Assembly (NCBI GenBank): GCA_037447605.1
Contig: CM074809.1
Span: 1,416,689 to 1,480,688 of the forward strand
DNA length: 64,000 nucleotides
From: Zygnema circumcarinatum SAG 698-1b
Lineage: Eukaryota; Plantae; Zygnematophyceae
Direction of reading: 5' to 3'
A program made the translations under genes and the position numbers. Shown here piece by piece: positions 37,401 through 49,109 of the stretch. The notes under the pieces are model-generated. The model made no database searches and was not told the DNA's origin. It saw only the letters and a program-made list of their open reading frames with translations. The number at the start of each line of letters is the position of its first letter. Position 1 is the first letter of the stretch.

Positions 37401-39802
37401 TATGCAAAAATTGCTGCATGCAGAACTCAAACCAAAGCATGTCAGAAATCGACTTCCAAAAGGCTAAGCATTGGAAACAAATCGCAAAAACTCGAAAAAA
37501 AAACTTTTTTGTCAAGTTATCTCTCTTCTCCCAGCAACCCCCCCAAAGGATAGACTTCGCAGTTTAAACGCAAACATTTGAAAGAACACTGACAAGGAGA
37601 ATGCTCTACCCCTCCCAACGTCAGAGTTTGAGATCTTTGCGAGTTCGGAATCTAGTGTACGTTTAAACAACTTGGGTCTCTGATTGTAAGAAAGCTTTAT
37701 TCTATCTGCTCACATGAGCCAGAGCTTTTGCAGTCAGACGCTCTTGCAATACCAGCAACTCAAACCAAGCATCCCCTTTAAAAATATCTTGTTTGTAAAA
37801 GCCAGCTTCAATGGAAAAAGCAAAATTGCTGCCAGGCTGACAAAAGGCTGGTGGCATAATGGTGGCGCAGCATTCAAGCACAATAATCCACCAACGACTT
37901 TAACATGGAATGGCATAGCAGCTAAAGAAAGTTTAATTCCAACCATTGCACCTGTTACAATGCAGCACATCAAGCAGAAAATAAGAGACAAAAACTCCTG
38001 AATAAGATGCTCAACAACAGTTGAGCTCAACAACAGTTGAGCTGGATCAGGATATAGATGAGACTCAAATACAGCTCATTTCATAGCCGAGTTATTGAAT
38101 TACCTCACACGTGTCACACATTCCAAAGTGAAATGCTGGATGGCAACATTTAGCACACACACTTAATAAAATGGGCTTGCGGGACTCTGCGACGGAAAAT
38201 GCTTGCAAGGGCCTATGATATGTCTCTTCCAGGAGACTCCAAAGATATGACCACCGCCTATAACTGGAATATCCCACTCGAACAAAGATCTCAAGCATTA
38301 AACAAAAGCACCTGTTTTAAGTATGTGCAACGTGCATGGTCTTTTGGGACCCACTACGTGAACATTTGGAACACTCTCTTTTGAAAACGGGATCAGCCCC
38401 GAGTACATGCAGTTTCATGTTTAAAAATGCCCACCCTGTATTTGGATAGCATTTAACATTGATCGACCGCCACAGACTCAATGGCCCACTCCCAATAGCA
38501 GAATCACATTGACGAAAAGCATTCACCTACCAGCAGGATGTGGTCAAGTTTCCAATAAATAATCTAGTAGAAAATGTTGCGGAGGTACCAGGTGAAGGAG
38601 ATGCTGTTATGAAATTCTTTCAGAAGAGCAGTATACTAATCAATGATCCAGTGGAGAGACTTAAAGCACTTCTACCAGCTCGATAGCGAAACTAAAGCGA
38701 GACAAAGACCCCACGTTCAGTCACACAGCCGAGTTATGCCAATAGAAGTTTAAAAAAATCGCAGATCAAAGAGATATTCATGTGGCTAAAGAATACGCGT
38801 AGATATTTCTTTACTCACGACGGCATCATCCCAATGAATTAAGTGGGGAAAGGCCAGTTAACAGTAGCCATTTCAAACGCCAAAAATAAGCATTGGATGG
38901 AAAGCCAGTGAGAAGATGAAGAAATTCTGTTGAAGGCAGCCAGAGGCAAATGTAGTTGGAAGGTAGAGAAGTCCGTCTTGAGTTTTAATTAATCCATACT
39001 AACCAATACGGACAAAATGCAATAGCTGACACAATATCAGTGCTAGCGTCCCTAACAGAAAACGTCGACACCAAAATGTCCCTTTTTCTGCATTCATGCA
39101 TGCGCATCTCAAGGTTTTTTCGTTGCACTTCTCCTTACTTCTGACATGTTTCTCTTTTGGTGGCGTCTCCACGTGGTTTGTAGATTTGATGATGGCGACA
39201 TCCAACTCCTAACAAAACATAAATAGAAATTGAATTTTCACAACAGCTTAGAAAGGGACCGCATCATCTTCGCTACTAGCATGAAGAGGGCGATAGCGCT
39301 GTAGACATAAGCTATGAATCAAAACTATGAGGAAGATCCATGGATATCCAACGGGTTTGCCTTCGCTGGTCTCTCTGGTTTCCATTCTAGAATGAAACTT
39401 CAAGCTGTAATACAATGAAATGCCACTTACATTACCTGCCAGCTCACCGTGAGTTACCTTCGTTGCACCAAATGTAACCAGCAAATACTGAGCAAGTAAA
39501 GCATATTCTTAAATTGTACTTTCGAAACAAAAAAAGCCATCCCGCAAAATGCACGCCTTACTGTCTCCCACACTCGCCTCCAACTGCCCTGAATCAACCA
39601 ATAAACGACGCCTACGAACATACGTCCGCCGCCATCCCCCGCGCGTGCCTACTCCCTATCTGATTCACTCTGCAGACAGAAACAGATTTCTACCGCCTGC
39701 ACGAATCCATGCCGCCAATACCTTGTACTCGCTGTTGATCTTGGCAAGTGACACATTGGTGGTGTCCTTGAAAGAGCCCCACGTCTTCCTGAGAGTACCC
39801 AT
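31478..39802 (-). CDS. PICALM: ANTH-domain clathrin assembly protein (AP180/PICALM-like), many exons
   Basis: [174 protein letters not shown]-terminal NPF motifs. Confidence 0.95.
36840..36938. repeat. About 49-bp tandem duplication in an ANTH-gene intron
   Basis: TACTCAGGTTCACATTTAGCC..TTGATAAA(A)TTGAATTGCTTTGACTTA twice. Confidence 0.9.
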
Positions 39803-40519
39803 GGCGGGCCAGACAGTGTTCCTCCCTCCCTCCCACCCTCTCTCCCTTCCCCTCTCTCTCTCTCTCTGCCTCTCGCCCTCCCTCCCTGCGGGAGAGGCCG
39901 CGGTGTGGCCCGCCCGCCCGCCCAATGCGGCCGCGCAGCAGAGCAGTTGCAGCGAGTCAGACCGACCGTACGCCAGACAGGCCGTACCAATGCAAATCCG
40001 TACATTCCAGCTCCGTACGTGATTGTACTTCTGAGTTGTACGGAAATGTACGGTCCTCGCGACGGCACGAACCAGCTGCAGCCGCCTCTGCACGGGCCTC
40101 CCCGCTGCGGTAGCGTGTCGGGATATACCGAGTATTCGGAATGCTGTAATGACGTCACCGACAAACGTATGCTCGCTCGTATTAGGAAATGGATGTGGCA
40201 TGGATCTCACGATGGCGATGATGCCATCAAATGGACATGGACAACATCATCATCATGGGGAACCACGAGGAATTAACTGGTCGCAAAGGAATCAAACCTA
40301 ACAAAAGTTGACGAACTGAGGGCATGGACCAATGAATGGTTTGGATCAATGCCCCTTCCTTTTCCTTGTTTACTGAGGGCGATCCGTAGTAGTCCCGTAG
40401 AGCCGAACTTTCCCCCTCCCGTGTTGTTGTTTGGCCCGAGGGTCCGGCCCTGCCCAAACCACGAGGGACCGTACCGGGCGACGTACGGAACGTCGCAGTC
40501 CGAGACCGCGATAAAGTAA

Positions 40520-41115
40520 GGAAAATTCTATTCTCACACCTTTTTTGTCTACACACAGACCTTTTTTCACCGGGCAGATTTCAAAATAGTAAAAAATGCA
40601 TTAAAGCAGAATCTAATCAGAATTTGCCATGTTATACAAAATAATACGTGGCAGGTGCTGATTAGTCGAGGCTCATAATGTACGGTATTTCGCCTTTCCT
40701 CGAAGCTGTTAAAGTAACATTTGTACAACATTTGTACAACAACAACAACAACAACATTTGTAAGGACCTTTGAGCTGGCTTGTGTGTGACACGTGGGCGC
40801 GTGCCATTTGCTGGGACCGAGACCAGCTGCAGATCGAACGGTGATCTGCCGTGGTGCGATCTGCGAGAGAATCGACGGCTGATGTTAAACGCACGTGTAA
40901 AGTACGCACACCCGCGATCGATCTCGTGGCGAACGGATCTTCCGCTCCGCGCGGATTGTAAAAAAACTCTGCCCGACGGAAAACGGGTGTGTGTCGATTC
41001 CCAAAAAGTGTTAAAAGAGCATTTCCTGCTTTAATCCTCCTTTTACTATTTTGAAATCTGCCCGATGAAAAAAGGTCTGTGTGTAGACAAAAAAGGTGTG
41101 AGAATAGAATTTTCC
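40520..41115. mobile_element. Non-autonomous DNA transposon (MITE, probably Mutator-like), 596 bp
   Basis: 75-bp TIRs at 40520-40594 and 41041-41115 with 74/75 identity, starting GGAAAATTC. Perfect 8-bp TSD TAAAGTAA at 40512-40519 and 41116-41123. No transposase inside. Confidence 0.92.
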
Positions 41116-41150
41116 TAAAGTAAACAGCGACCGTTTGCCGTCGACCGCGG

Positions 41151-42152
41151 TGTAGCACAAGATAAGTGGGGTTAAACAAAGACTGCTGAGCTAGCTGCAG
41201 GTGCTGTACGGCCACACGCGCGTCCGTGCTGAAACTAATGAAGGGTTGGGTTGGTTCTGTGGGTCTGCCTGCAGCATAGAGCCAGGATCCGGGGGATTCA
41301 GAGGTACGCGCAGCGGAAGACGTAGGGATCCTGAAGATGTTCCCACCGGCGGCTGGACTCGATGCGCGAAGAGCCCTTCCTTGGGGGCTCTCTTCCCCTA
41401 TCCTCTCCTTGGCCAGTCTCTTAGCTAGGCTTCTAGTTATCATCGGTCATTGGAATAAGCGTAGGGCAGATTAGGACAAGATGGCAGCTTTGCATAGTGA
41501 CAGCAAAGGGAAAGCAGTGCTCAACTTAGATAAAGGTTGCATTTTGGAAACTCACCCCAGCCAGCGGTTGGCTGAGGAATGTCATTACAATGAAATTGTC
41601 TTCTCACTGAAATCTTTGTCTAGCTGGGCTGAATGGGACGTCTAAATGCTATCAGCAAGAAGAGTCTTTCTCTCTCTCTCTCTATCTATGGCATGGAACT
41701 CTCTCTCTCTCTCTCTCTCTTACTTAGCATCTGTTGCTGTAACTGAAGAGGAAGGAAAAGAAGAAAGAAGAACAAGAAGACAAAGCACACAGCAAATACA
41801 AATACTAAGCCCAGCACTAAAAGACAAAATATATCATTGACATCCCACTCATTAACACGACAACACATCTTGAAGCTCAGGGACGACAGCCGACGGTGAA
41901 CCGCCCACTTGTAGGCCTGACTGACTACAACCCGAGCCTTCGGAGAGGTCAGAACTGACGATTATCGCGGCCTCATGCGGTGTTCCCGAGTGCGCCGCTT
42001 GCTGGATGGTGCTGCCGCTCGCGGCCGCGACGCAGGCGCGCCTCTTCGCACTCCGCTGCAGCTCAAATTCTCGCCGACCCTACACGAAGATGCATATGTC
42101 AAGTACAATTGAACGGACGCGGATCCGTCGAACGCAGCTCCGTTACGCTACA
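41151..42152 (-). repeat. LTR copy A (3' LTR, complete TG...CA, 1002 bp)
   Basis: 41160-42152 is homologous to 48112-49107. It ends (minus strand) CTTATCT-TGTGCTACA and contains (TC)n tracts. Confidence 0.9.
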
Positions 42153-42618
42153 TCTGTAGCACATGCCGGGGGGGGAAACAAGCGCACGCCCCTGCGGGCG
42201 CCAGGAAGAAGAGACAAAGGGGAGGGGAGGGGCCCATGATGACGTGGACAGGGGGACCGCGCGAGAGGAGTCGGCGGCCGTCTGGAGAAGCTTCCGCGTA
42301 CATTCGGAAATGGGGAGTATCGGCGGGATCGGAGGTGGAGGAGGGAGTAAGACAAATTCGAAATCGAAAGTTACGGCCGACAGGCGCAATGTGGGCGAAG
42401 CGGCAAAAAGTGGCGGGAATTAGAAATGGACCAATGAGGAGTCGTCATGGCAGAGGGGGTACGAGGAGACCGCGCTGTCGGTCGCAAACGCTCAGCCATC
42501 GCGGGGGGGAGGAACCGCTGACGTGGCGGCACGAATGTCGATCCAGTGTGAACGCCAGCGCCGGGCGTGCCCACTAGAGTCAGGAGCCTCCGAAATGATG
42601 GCCCAACCNNNNNNNNNN

Positions 42619-45600
42619 TCGAGGTGGTGGGAGGCCATGGAATCTAGGGTTTGGAAGCGGAGGGCCAGGAGCTGAAGCTGGGCGACCCGATCCGGGGGAG
42701 GCGCGTCATCGTAGAAGAGGGGCTCAGCAGAGAGGAGGTCAAGGGGAATGCGGGGCTTACGGCCATAGAGGAGCTCGTAGGGAGAGAAGCCCGTGGAGGA
42801 GTGGACGGAGGTGTTATACGTGAAGACCAGGGAGGGGATGACCTCGCGCCAGTCCGCCTCCAGCTCCGCGCAGCCGCGGACGCACGCATCCTTGACCGTC
42901 TGAATGGTACGTTCTGCAAGCCCATTCTGCCAGGGGGAGTAGGGGCTGGAGGTGTGGTGAATGATGCGGAAGTCCTGCATGAGCTTGGCAAATGCCCCCT
43001 TGTATTCGGTGCCGTTGTCAGAGTGGACAGAGTAGGGTAGAGAGTGGCGGTGAATGATGGCCGTCAGGAGGCGAGCAGAGTGGATGGAATGCTTAGATTC
43101 TGTCGTATGAACTTCTACCCACTTGGTGTATCTGTCCACGGCTAGGAAGACCCGAATGTAGCCAGAGGGGGTGCCGAGCTGGGGGATAGAAAAGGTGTCG
43201 ATGTTCCAGTCTTCGGCGACGCCGCGTATTGGGATCTCACCCATCTCCAGGGGTTGGCGGTCGGGGGGAGCAGAGCGCTTGCCGCGTTGGCAGCGGGTGC
43301 AGGTTTCGATGTAGCGGTTCACGGCGCCATGGAGGCCGGGCCAATAGTAGCGTTCCTGCAGCAGAGCCACCATCTTCTTCTGGCCGAGGTGGAAGCCTGC
43401 AGGTTGGGCATCGTGGGCGACGTCCAGGATTTCCAGACGCTCGTTAGGGAATGGGACGGGAAGGCCGGAAGGAATGTAGAGAATCTGTCCGTCATCATCG
43501 ACAGAGAAGTTCCGAGCGCGGCGGAGCAGCCGAGCCCTCTCGGTATCCGTGACAAAGGGGGGCAGCGTGCGGGTCATAACGTAGCGCAGAAGGGAGGAGT
43601 CTGAATGGACGTCATTGGCGCTGGGGAAATGGGGAGGAAGTAAGGGAGCGTCGCCATCGTCATCCATGAGGATTTCCCACGGATCCGCATGGGGGTGGCC
43701 GTGGGTGAAGTCAGGGTCCTCCCAGCGATGGAGGGTGGTGGCGGTGGCCGGAATATCGATCAGCCCATCTGCGAATAGGACATCATGCAGGGCTTGAGCG
43801 GCAATAAAAATCTCAATGGGAAGATGCTCAGGGTTCAAGAGGGTGGGTGGAGGGATGGGTTCAGGAACGGCCGGATCGTGACAGAGGAGGGGAGCCGAAG
43901 GATTGCGACTGAGGCCGTCAGCATTGCCGTGACTACGGCCGGGACGGTGGGTGACCTTAAGCACATTATACTCCTCCAACTTCATCACCCATCGTGCAAA
44001 CTTAGGTCGTAGGGTAGCCATGATGTGCAGCCAAGTGAGGGGCATGTGGTCAGTCCGGATGATAACGGGCTGGTAGGCCGTGAAGAGCTTGAACTTCTCG
44101 AGTGCCCAGAGGATAGCCGCGGCCTCTCCCTCAGTAGGGCTATACTTGGTCTCGGTTTCTGAACAGACCCTGCTTGCAAAACTGACCGGGTGTTCCCCAT
44201 CTGAGAATGCTTGGCTGGCCACTGCCCCAAAGCCTGTCTGACTCCAGTCGGCGTCAATAATGGTGGGAAGGGTGGGGTCAAATTGATGCAGGCAAGGAGC
44301 CTGAAGGAGGGCACTCTTGAGCGCGTGGAAGGCCAAATCCTGCGCGCGGCTCCATTCGTAGTGGACTCCGTGCTTCTCCAGGGCATGTAGGGGACGCGCA
44401 ATAAGGGCATAGCCCTTGATGAACTGGCGAGGAGAATGAGGTGAGCTTAACTGAGCTGAGTGAGGGTTTGTGGAATCGGCATGAGGGCAATCGCTTCAAT
44501 CTTATCGGGTGATGGTTTCAGGCCATTGATGCCGAGGCGGTGCCCGAGATGAGTGATCTCCTGGTGGCCCCATTTGCACTTCTTGGGTGCAATCTTCAGA
44601 CGCGCACTGATGAGCTGTTGCAGGACTTGGTCAATGTGTTGCAGGTGGGAGGACCAGTCCTTGCTGTGGATCGAAGCATCATCGACATAAGGCTCGCAGA
44701 AGGCACGACAGGGGCCGAACACCTGGTTGGCCAGGCGCTGGTGAGTTTGACTGGAATTCTTGAGCCCGAATGGAAGCACTGTCCACTGCACAAAGCGCGT
44801 GGCTGTGCGAAGCCCTGTCTTGCAACGATCGGCCTGCCGAAGGGGTATCTGCCAGAAGGATTTCTGCATGTCAAGGGCCGAGAACCACCGGTCATCAGGG
44901 GAGACGCCGTGGAGAATCAGGTCCACATCCGGTAATGTGTAGGGATCCCACTTCGTTATTGCATTCAGCTTTCGGTAGTCCCCACAGAAGCGGAGTGTGC
45001 CATCCGGCTTTGGGGGCAGAACGGCCGGGCTGGCCCACGGCCCTTCTCCAGGTTCCATCAATCCGGCAGCCACGTTCTCGTCGATCTGTCGTTCGACATC
45101 GGCCTGCTGTGCGGCGGAGAAGCGGTAGGGAGTCAGGGTCATCACGGGAGGCGCATCCCCCGTATCAATGTGGTGCTCAATCAGGTGAGTCTTGCCGATG
45201 TCGAGTGAATGTCTCGCGAAAACTAGGTGATTTCGGCGCAGCACTTGGCGTAGTTGGGAATGCTTGATCGGGTCTGAGAGGACCGCAGGTCCCAATCGCA
45301 TCTGCCCCTCTATTTCCAGCCACTCCTCATCACCGATGGTCTCATGAGGTGGAAAGCTGGGTGCAGGCAGCGCTGGCGTCAACAGTTCTTCCGTCGGCGT
45401 CTCGAGAGCTGGAATCGGAGGAGCAGGAGGGGGAGTCTCGTAATCGGTATCAGAATTGGCCGATCCATAAGAAGGATGGGGGCTGCCGACCGCCTGGTAC
45501 ATGGTGATCTCCGGGTAGGAGACCTGCGCAGTGGCGTGGCGCTTGGGGAAGGCGGAGGTGGTAAGGGACTCGAGGATGATGGGGAAGGAGCAGTCTGTCC

Positions 45601-45713
45601 CGCCAGCAGATAAGTGCAGTTGACATGTGGCAAAGTCGATTTGTGCTCCCATCGCGATGAGCCAATCTGAGCCCAGCAGGATAGAATAGTGTTCAGCGGC
45701 TGTGATGACTGCA
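42619..45713 (-). CDS. pol: Pol of unit 1: end of aspartic protease, RT, RNase H, integrase (bounded by N gaps; broken near 44425-44455)
   Basis: PR tail ILLGSDWL. RT LDMQKSFWQI, LPFGLKNS, YVDD. RH DADWSQTGFGAV, YSPTEGEA, RTDH, NADGLSR. IN HHCC (HDAQ..FHLG..CTRC), WNIDTF, HSDNG, NGLAER. Confidence 0.9.
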
Positions 45714-45723
45714 NNNNNNNNNN

Positions 45724-48029
45724 GGATTGACGTGCATCTCTTCGGTCGCCGGTGCCGTCGGCTCTGGCTGCGCCGCTGTCGGCTCCTCTTCATTGAGATC
45801 TTCAATTTCCTCCTCAGGCAGGGATCCCAAGGGATGACCCGTGGAGGGAGGGATGACTGAAGTTCTTCGGACAGGGGTGGCGACCGGTGGAGCCGTGCCC
45901 GAGGAACTGGCGCCGTTGACATTGGCAGGGAGGAATGGCAGGGGATGAGAATGAGGATCGCTTCGGTTGACAGGGAGCCTGCGAAGGGCAGTTGCAATCT
46001 CGGCGATCCGGGCTTGAGCATCCGCTTCAGAAGTGATGGGGGATTCGGACAAGGCCGGTTGAAATGCCGCGGCAACCTCGGCAGTGCGTGATCGGGCAGC
46101 AGGATCGGGCTCAGCACCCAATACGTTTGACAGGGAGGGGGAGTCCATGGGGTGCAGATGGATAGGTGGTCGTTGCAGGATGGTGTAAGCGGGTGAAGGA
46201 GGTGGAGGCGGGCGAAAGGGAGCCGGAGCTCTCGGTGGTGTGGGAGCAGCCGGGAGCATATCCATGAAGGTGATCTCTGCAGGTGAGCTCCCTTCAGCTG
46301 CCTCTTTCCCCTTTCGGGCCTTCTCACTTGAGAGTCTCCGCATGCACACACGGGCATCATGTCCCGTGATCTGACAGAAGGTGCAGGTCCATGGTCCGCA
46401 ACGCAGCCGCGGATTATGATTCAGGCCGCAGGCAAGACAGACGCCCTCCGGAACCCCTGCCTCTGTCATCCGACGGCGCAGATCGGCCCTGGCAGCTTCT
46501 CTCTCTTCGGGTGTGCGATCGGAATAAGGAGCCCGATATCCTGGACGAGAAACATCTGGTATGTGAGGATTCACCGCCGGCTCAATGGGATGCGCCGGAT
46601 CATGAGGGTATGGGGAAAGGGGAAGGGGCTTGGTTGTGCTGGCTATGGCCAGAGGCTGCACCACAGGGGCTGTCCGGACGTCCTGAGCAGTGACGCCGGA
46701 GAAGGAAGGCTTGTTCCGAGTAGATGTAGCGTAGGGATCGAACAACTGTTGATTCTGCGTCTTCAAGAACTGTAGAGGCTCTACGGGGCCGTGACCTGCA
46801 GCGTTCATGTATGTGGTCGCACATGCCGGCGCCCTCTCTCTATCCTTCCTAGCCTCGCCCTGTCTGCTCAACAATGCCTGGGCATCTGCTGGTGGGTTGT
46901 CTCGCAGCTCACGATCCAGGTGGAGATCCTTCTCGCTGATGGCCTTGCGGAACCACTGGAGCACTTCGGAAAAGTCAGGCAAGTTCTCGATCGTATTTGC
47001 CATGCGCACAAAGCGCTCAGTGAATTCAAACAGCCGCTCATCACTGTAGCATTCTATGTAGCGAAGTCGGTCCAGCACAGTGATCGGATCTGAAATCCAG
47101 CGTTGTCTGAAAGCTTGCTTGAATGTGTCCCTTGTCAGGGTGGCGACGACATCCGCCTTGTGCCAGTTTCGGGACAGCTTCCAGTTGACGGCCTCTCCTT
47201 CCAGCGCTCCAAGGGCCAGCTTGATCCATTGGTCCTCCTTCAGGTCTGCTTGCGCTGCCTTCTCCTCAAGGTGTCTCAGCCATGCTTCTGCATCTTCCTG
47301 CTTGCCGGTGAAGCCTCTTGTGATGATGCCCGTGGTATCCCTCGCCTCACTTTTTTCAGGAATCAAGGCTATCAATTTGGTCATCATCTCTTCCATCTTG
47401 CTGGGGAACTCAGATCTGACTCGTGTGCTTCTCTGCAGGTTGGTTCGAAAGCTGGAGGGTCCTTGCGATCGTCCTGCCCTTGCCCCTGAAGTCGCTCGCC
47501 TGGGGCTGCCGGATGGGTAAGTTGTGAATGCCGGAGGTGAGGGTGTCTTCTGATGATTCCCTTGCTCTGCTGTAGGACTGCGTGCAGCTGCAGTGCTTGA
47601 AGGGACTCCTGGTGCAGTAGTTATCCGACTGAGATCCCGTGGGTTCTGTTTCTGTGGGGCCGCGGGGGGGACCTCAGGTTCGAACGGTACTCCTCTCTTC
47701 ACGGCATCGGCGGCCGTGACAGCGACTGGGCAAGCTGCCAGCTTGATCATGCGGCGTGCATACTGCCAGCGGAGTTGGTGGCCATCGCTGCCTAGACGGA
47801 GTCGCTGCAGCTCTTCAATCGACTCGATCTGCTCAAGGTAAGCCAGACTGGGATAAGGGTTCTCTTCGGTGATGCCCATTTTCAGTCGCTCTCTGACTGC
47901 CTCTTCCTCTGAGTCTGAATCCGTCCTCGGATTTCCGATCGCCTGTTCTTCTTCTTCTTGAGGTGCCAAGTCTTCCTCTGAATACTGATGAAGATCTGCT
48001 TGTCCCTCTTGCTGCAGCTCTTCATCCAT
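45724..48029 (-). CDS. gag: Gag of unit 1 with capsid domain and two Zn-knuckle-like motifs
   Basis: ORF 45693..48395 reads through the PBS (YLGIRA); likely ATG at 48029. FTGKQEDAEAWLRHLE..LEGEAVNW..FKQAFRQRW. CLACGLNHNPRLRC and CTFCQITGHDARVC. Confidence 0.85.
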
Positions 48030-48098
48030 GGCGGCTGTGACACGGGTCACAGGATCGGCAGCCTCACGTATCAAGGTACGTGGATCTGCCAAACCTTC

Positions 48099-48111
48099 GG
48101 CTCTGATACCA
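48099..48111 (-). other. Primer-binding site complementary to the tRNA-iMet 3' end
   Basis: TGGTATCAGAGCC on the minus strand directly after LTR copy B. This is the canonical plant iMet PBS. Confidence 0.92.
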
Positions 48112-49107
48112 AGATAAGTGGGGTTAAACAAAGACTGCTGAGCTAGCTGCAGGTGCTGTTCGGCCACACGCGCGTCCGTGCTGAAACTAATGAAGGGTTG
48201 GGTTGGTTCTGTGGGTCTGCCTGCAGCATAGAGCCAGGATCCGGGGGATTCAGAGGTACGCGCAGCGGAAGACGTAGGGATCCTGAAGATGTTCCCACCG
48301 GCGGCTGGACTTGATGCGCGAAGAGCCCTTCCTTGGGGGCTTTCTTCCCCTATCCTCTCCTTGGCCAGTCTCTTAGCTAGGCTTCTAGTTATCATCGGTC
48401 ATTGGAATAAGCGTAGGGCAGATTAGGACAAGATGGCAGCTTTGCATAGTGACAGCAAAGGGAAAACAGTGCTCAACTTAGATAAAGGTTGCATTTTGGA
48501 AACTCACCCCAGCCAGCTGAGGAATGTCATTACAATGAAATTGTCTTCTCACTGAAATCTTTGTCTAGCTGGGCTGAATGGGACGTCTAAATGCTATCAG
48601 CAAGAAGAGTCTTTCTCTCTCTCTCTCTATCTATGGCATGGAACTCTCTCTCTCTCTCTCTCTCTTACTTAGCATCTGTTGCTGTAACTGAAGAGGAAGG
48701 AAAAGAAGAAAGAAGAACAAGACAACAAACCACACAGCAAATACAAATACTAAGCCCAGCACTAAAAGACAAAACAGCATCACTGACATCCCATCTACTT
48801 AACACTGACAATAGATCTTGAGTCTTAGTAGTGACAGCCTCTGATTGGCTAACTGCCCCATTAAAAAGCTCCTGATGACTGCGTCTGAGACCTTTGGATA
48901 GGTCAACGAATGATCTAGGGGGGCCTCACTGCGTGTTCCCGGTGCGTTTCCTGGATCTGCCTGTCGTGAGCGCCAACGCATGGCGCCGCCTTCTCTCAAT
49001 CTCCGTTGGCAGCTCCTGGATTCCGTTGATCCGTGACACGGAAGAGGCATACGTCAAGTACAATTGAACTGACGCAAATCCGTCGAACGCAGCTCCGTTA
49101 CGCTACA
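48112..49107 (-). repeat. LTR copy B (shared middle LTR; lacks terminal TGTGCTACA)
   Basis: Starts TGTAGCGTAACGG on the minus strand and ends CCCCACTTATCT, abutting the PBS. Confidence 0.9.
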
Positions 49108-49109
49108 TC

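Noticed and set aside
40709-41443. 244-aa ORF as an independent gene
   Set aside because: It is LTR sequence read through the TSD into the MITE, identical to the start of ORF 45693..48395 up to the LTR end.
42480-42608. Possible chromodomain after the integrase (also 49490-49620)
   Set aside because: Only a W-x-GH-like fragment is visible. The region is error-rich and partly in an N gap, so chromovirus status cannot be called.
48099-48111. tRNA gene
   Set aside because: Only the 13-nt PBS complement is present, with no cloverleaf.
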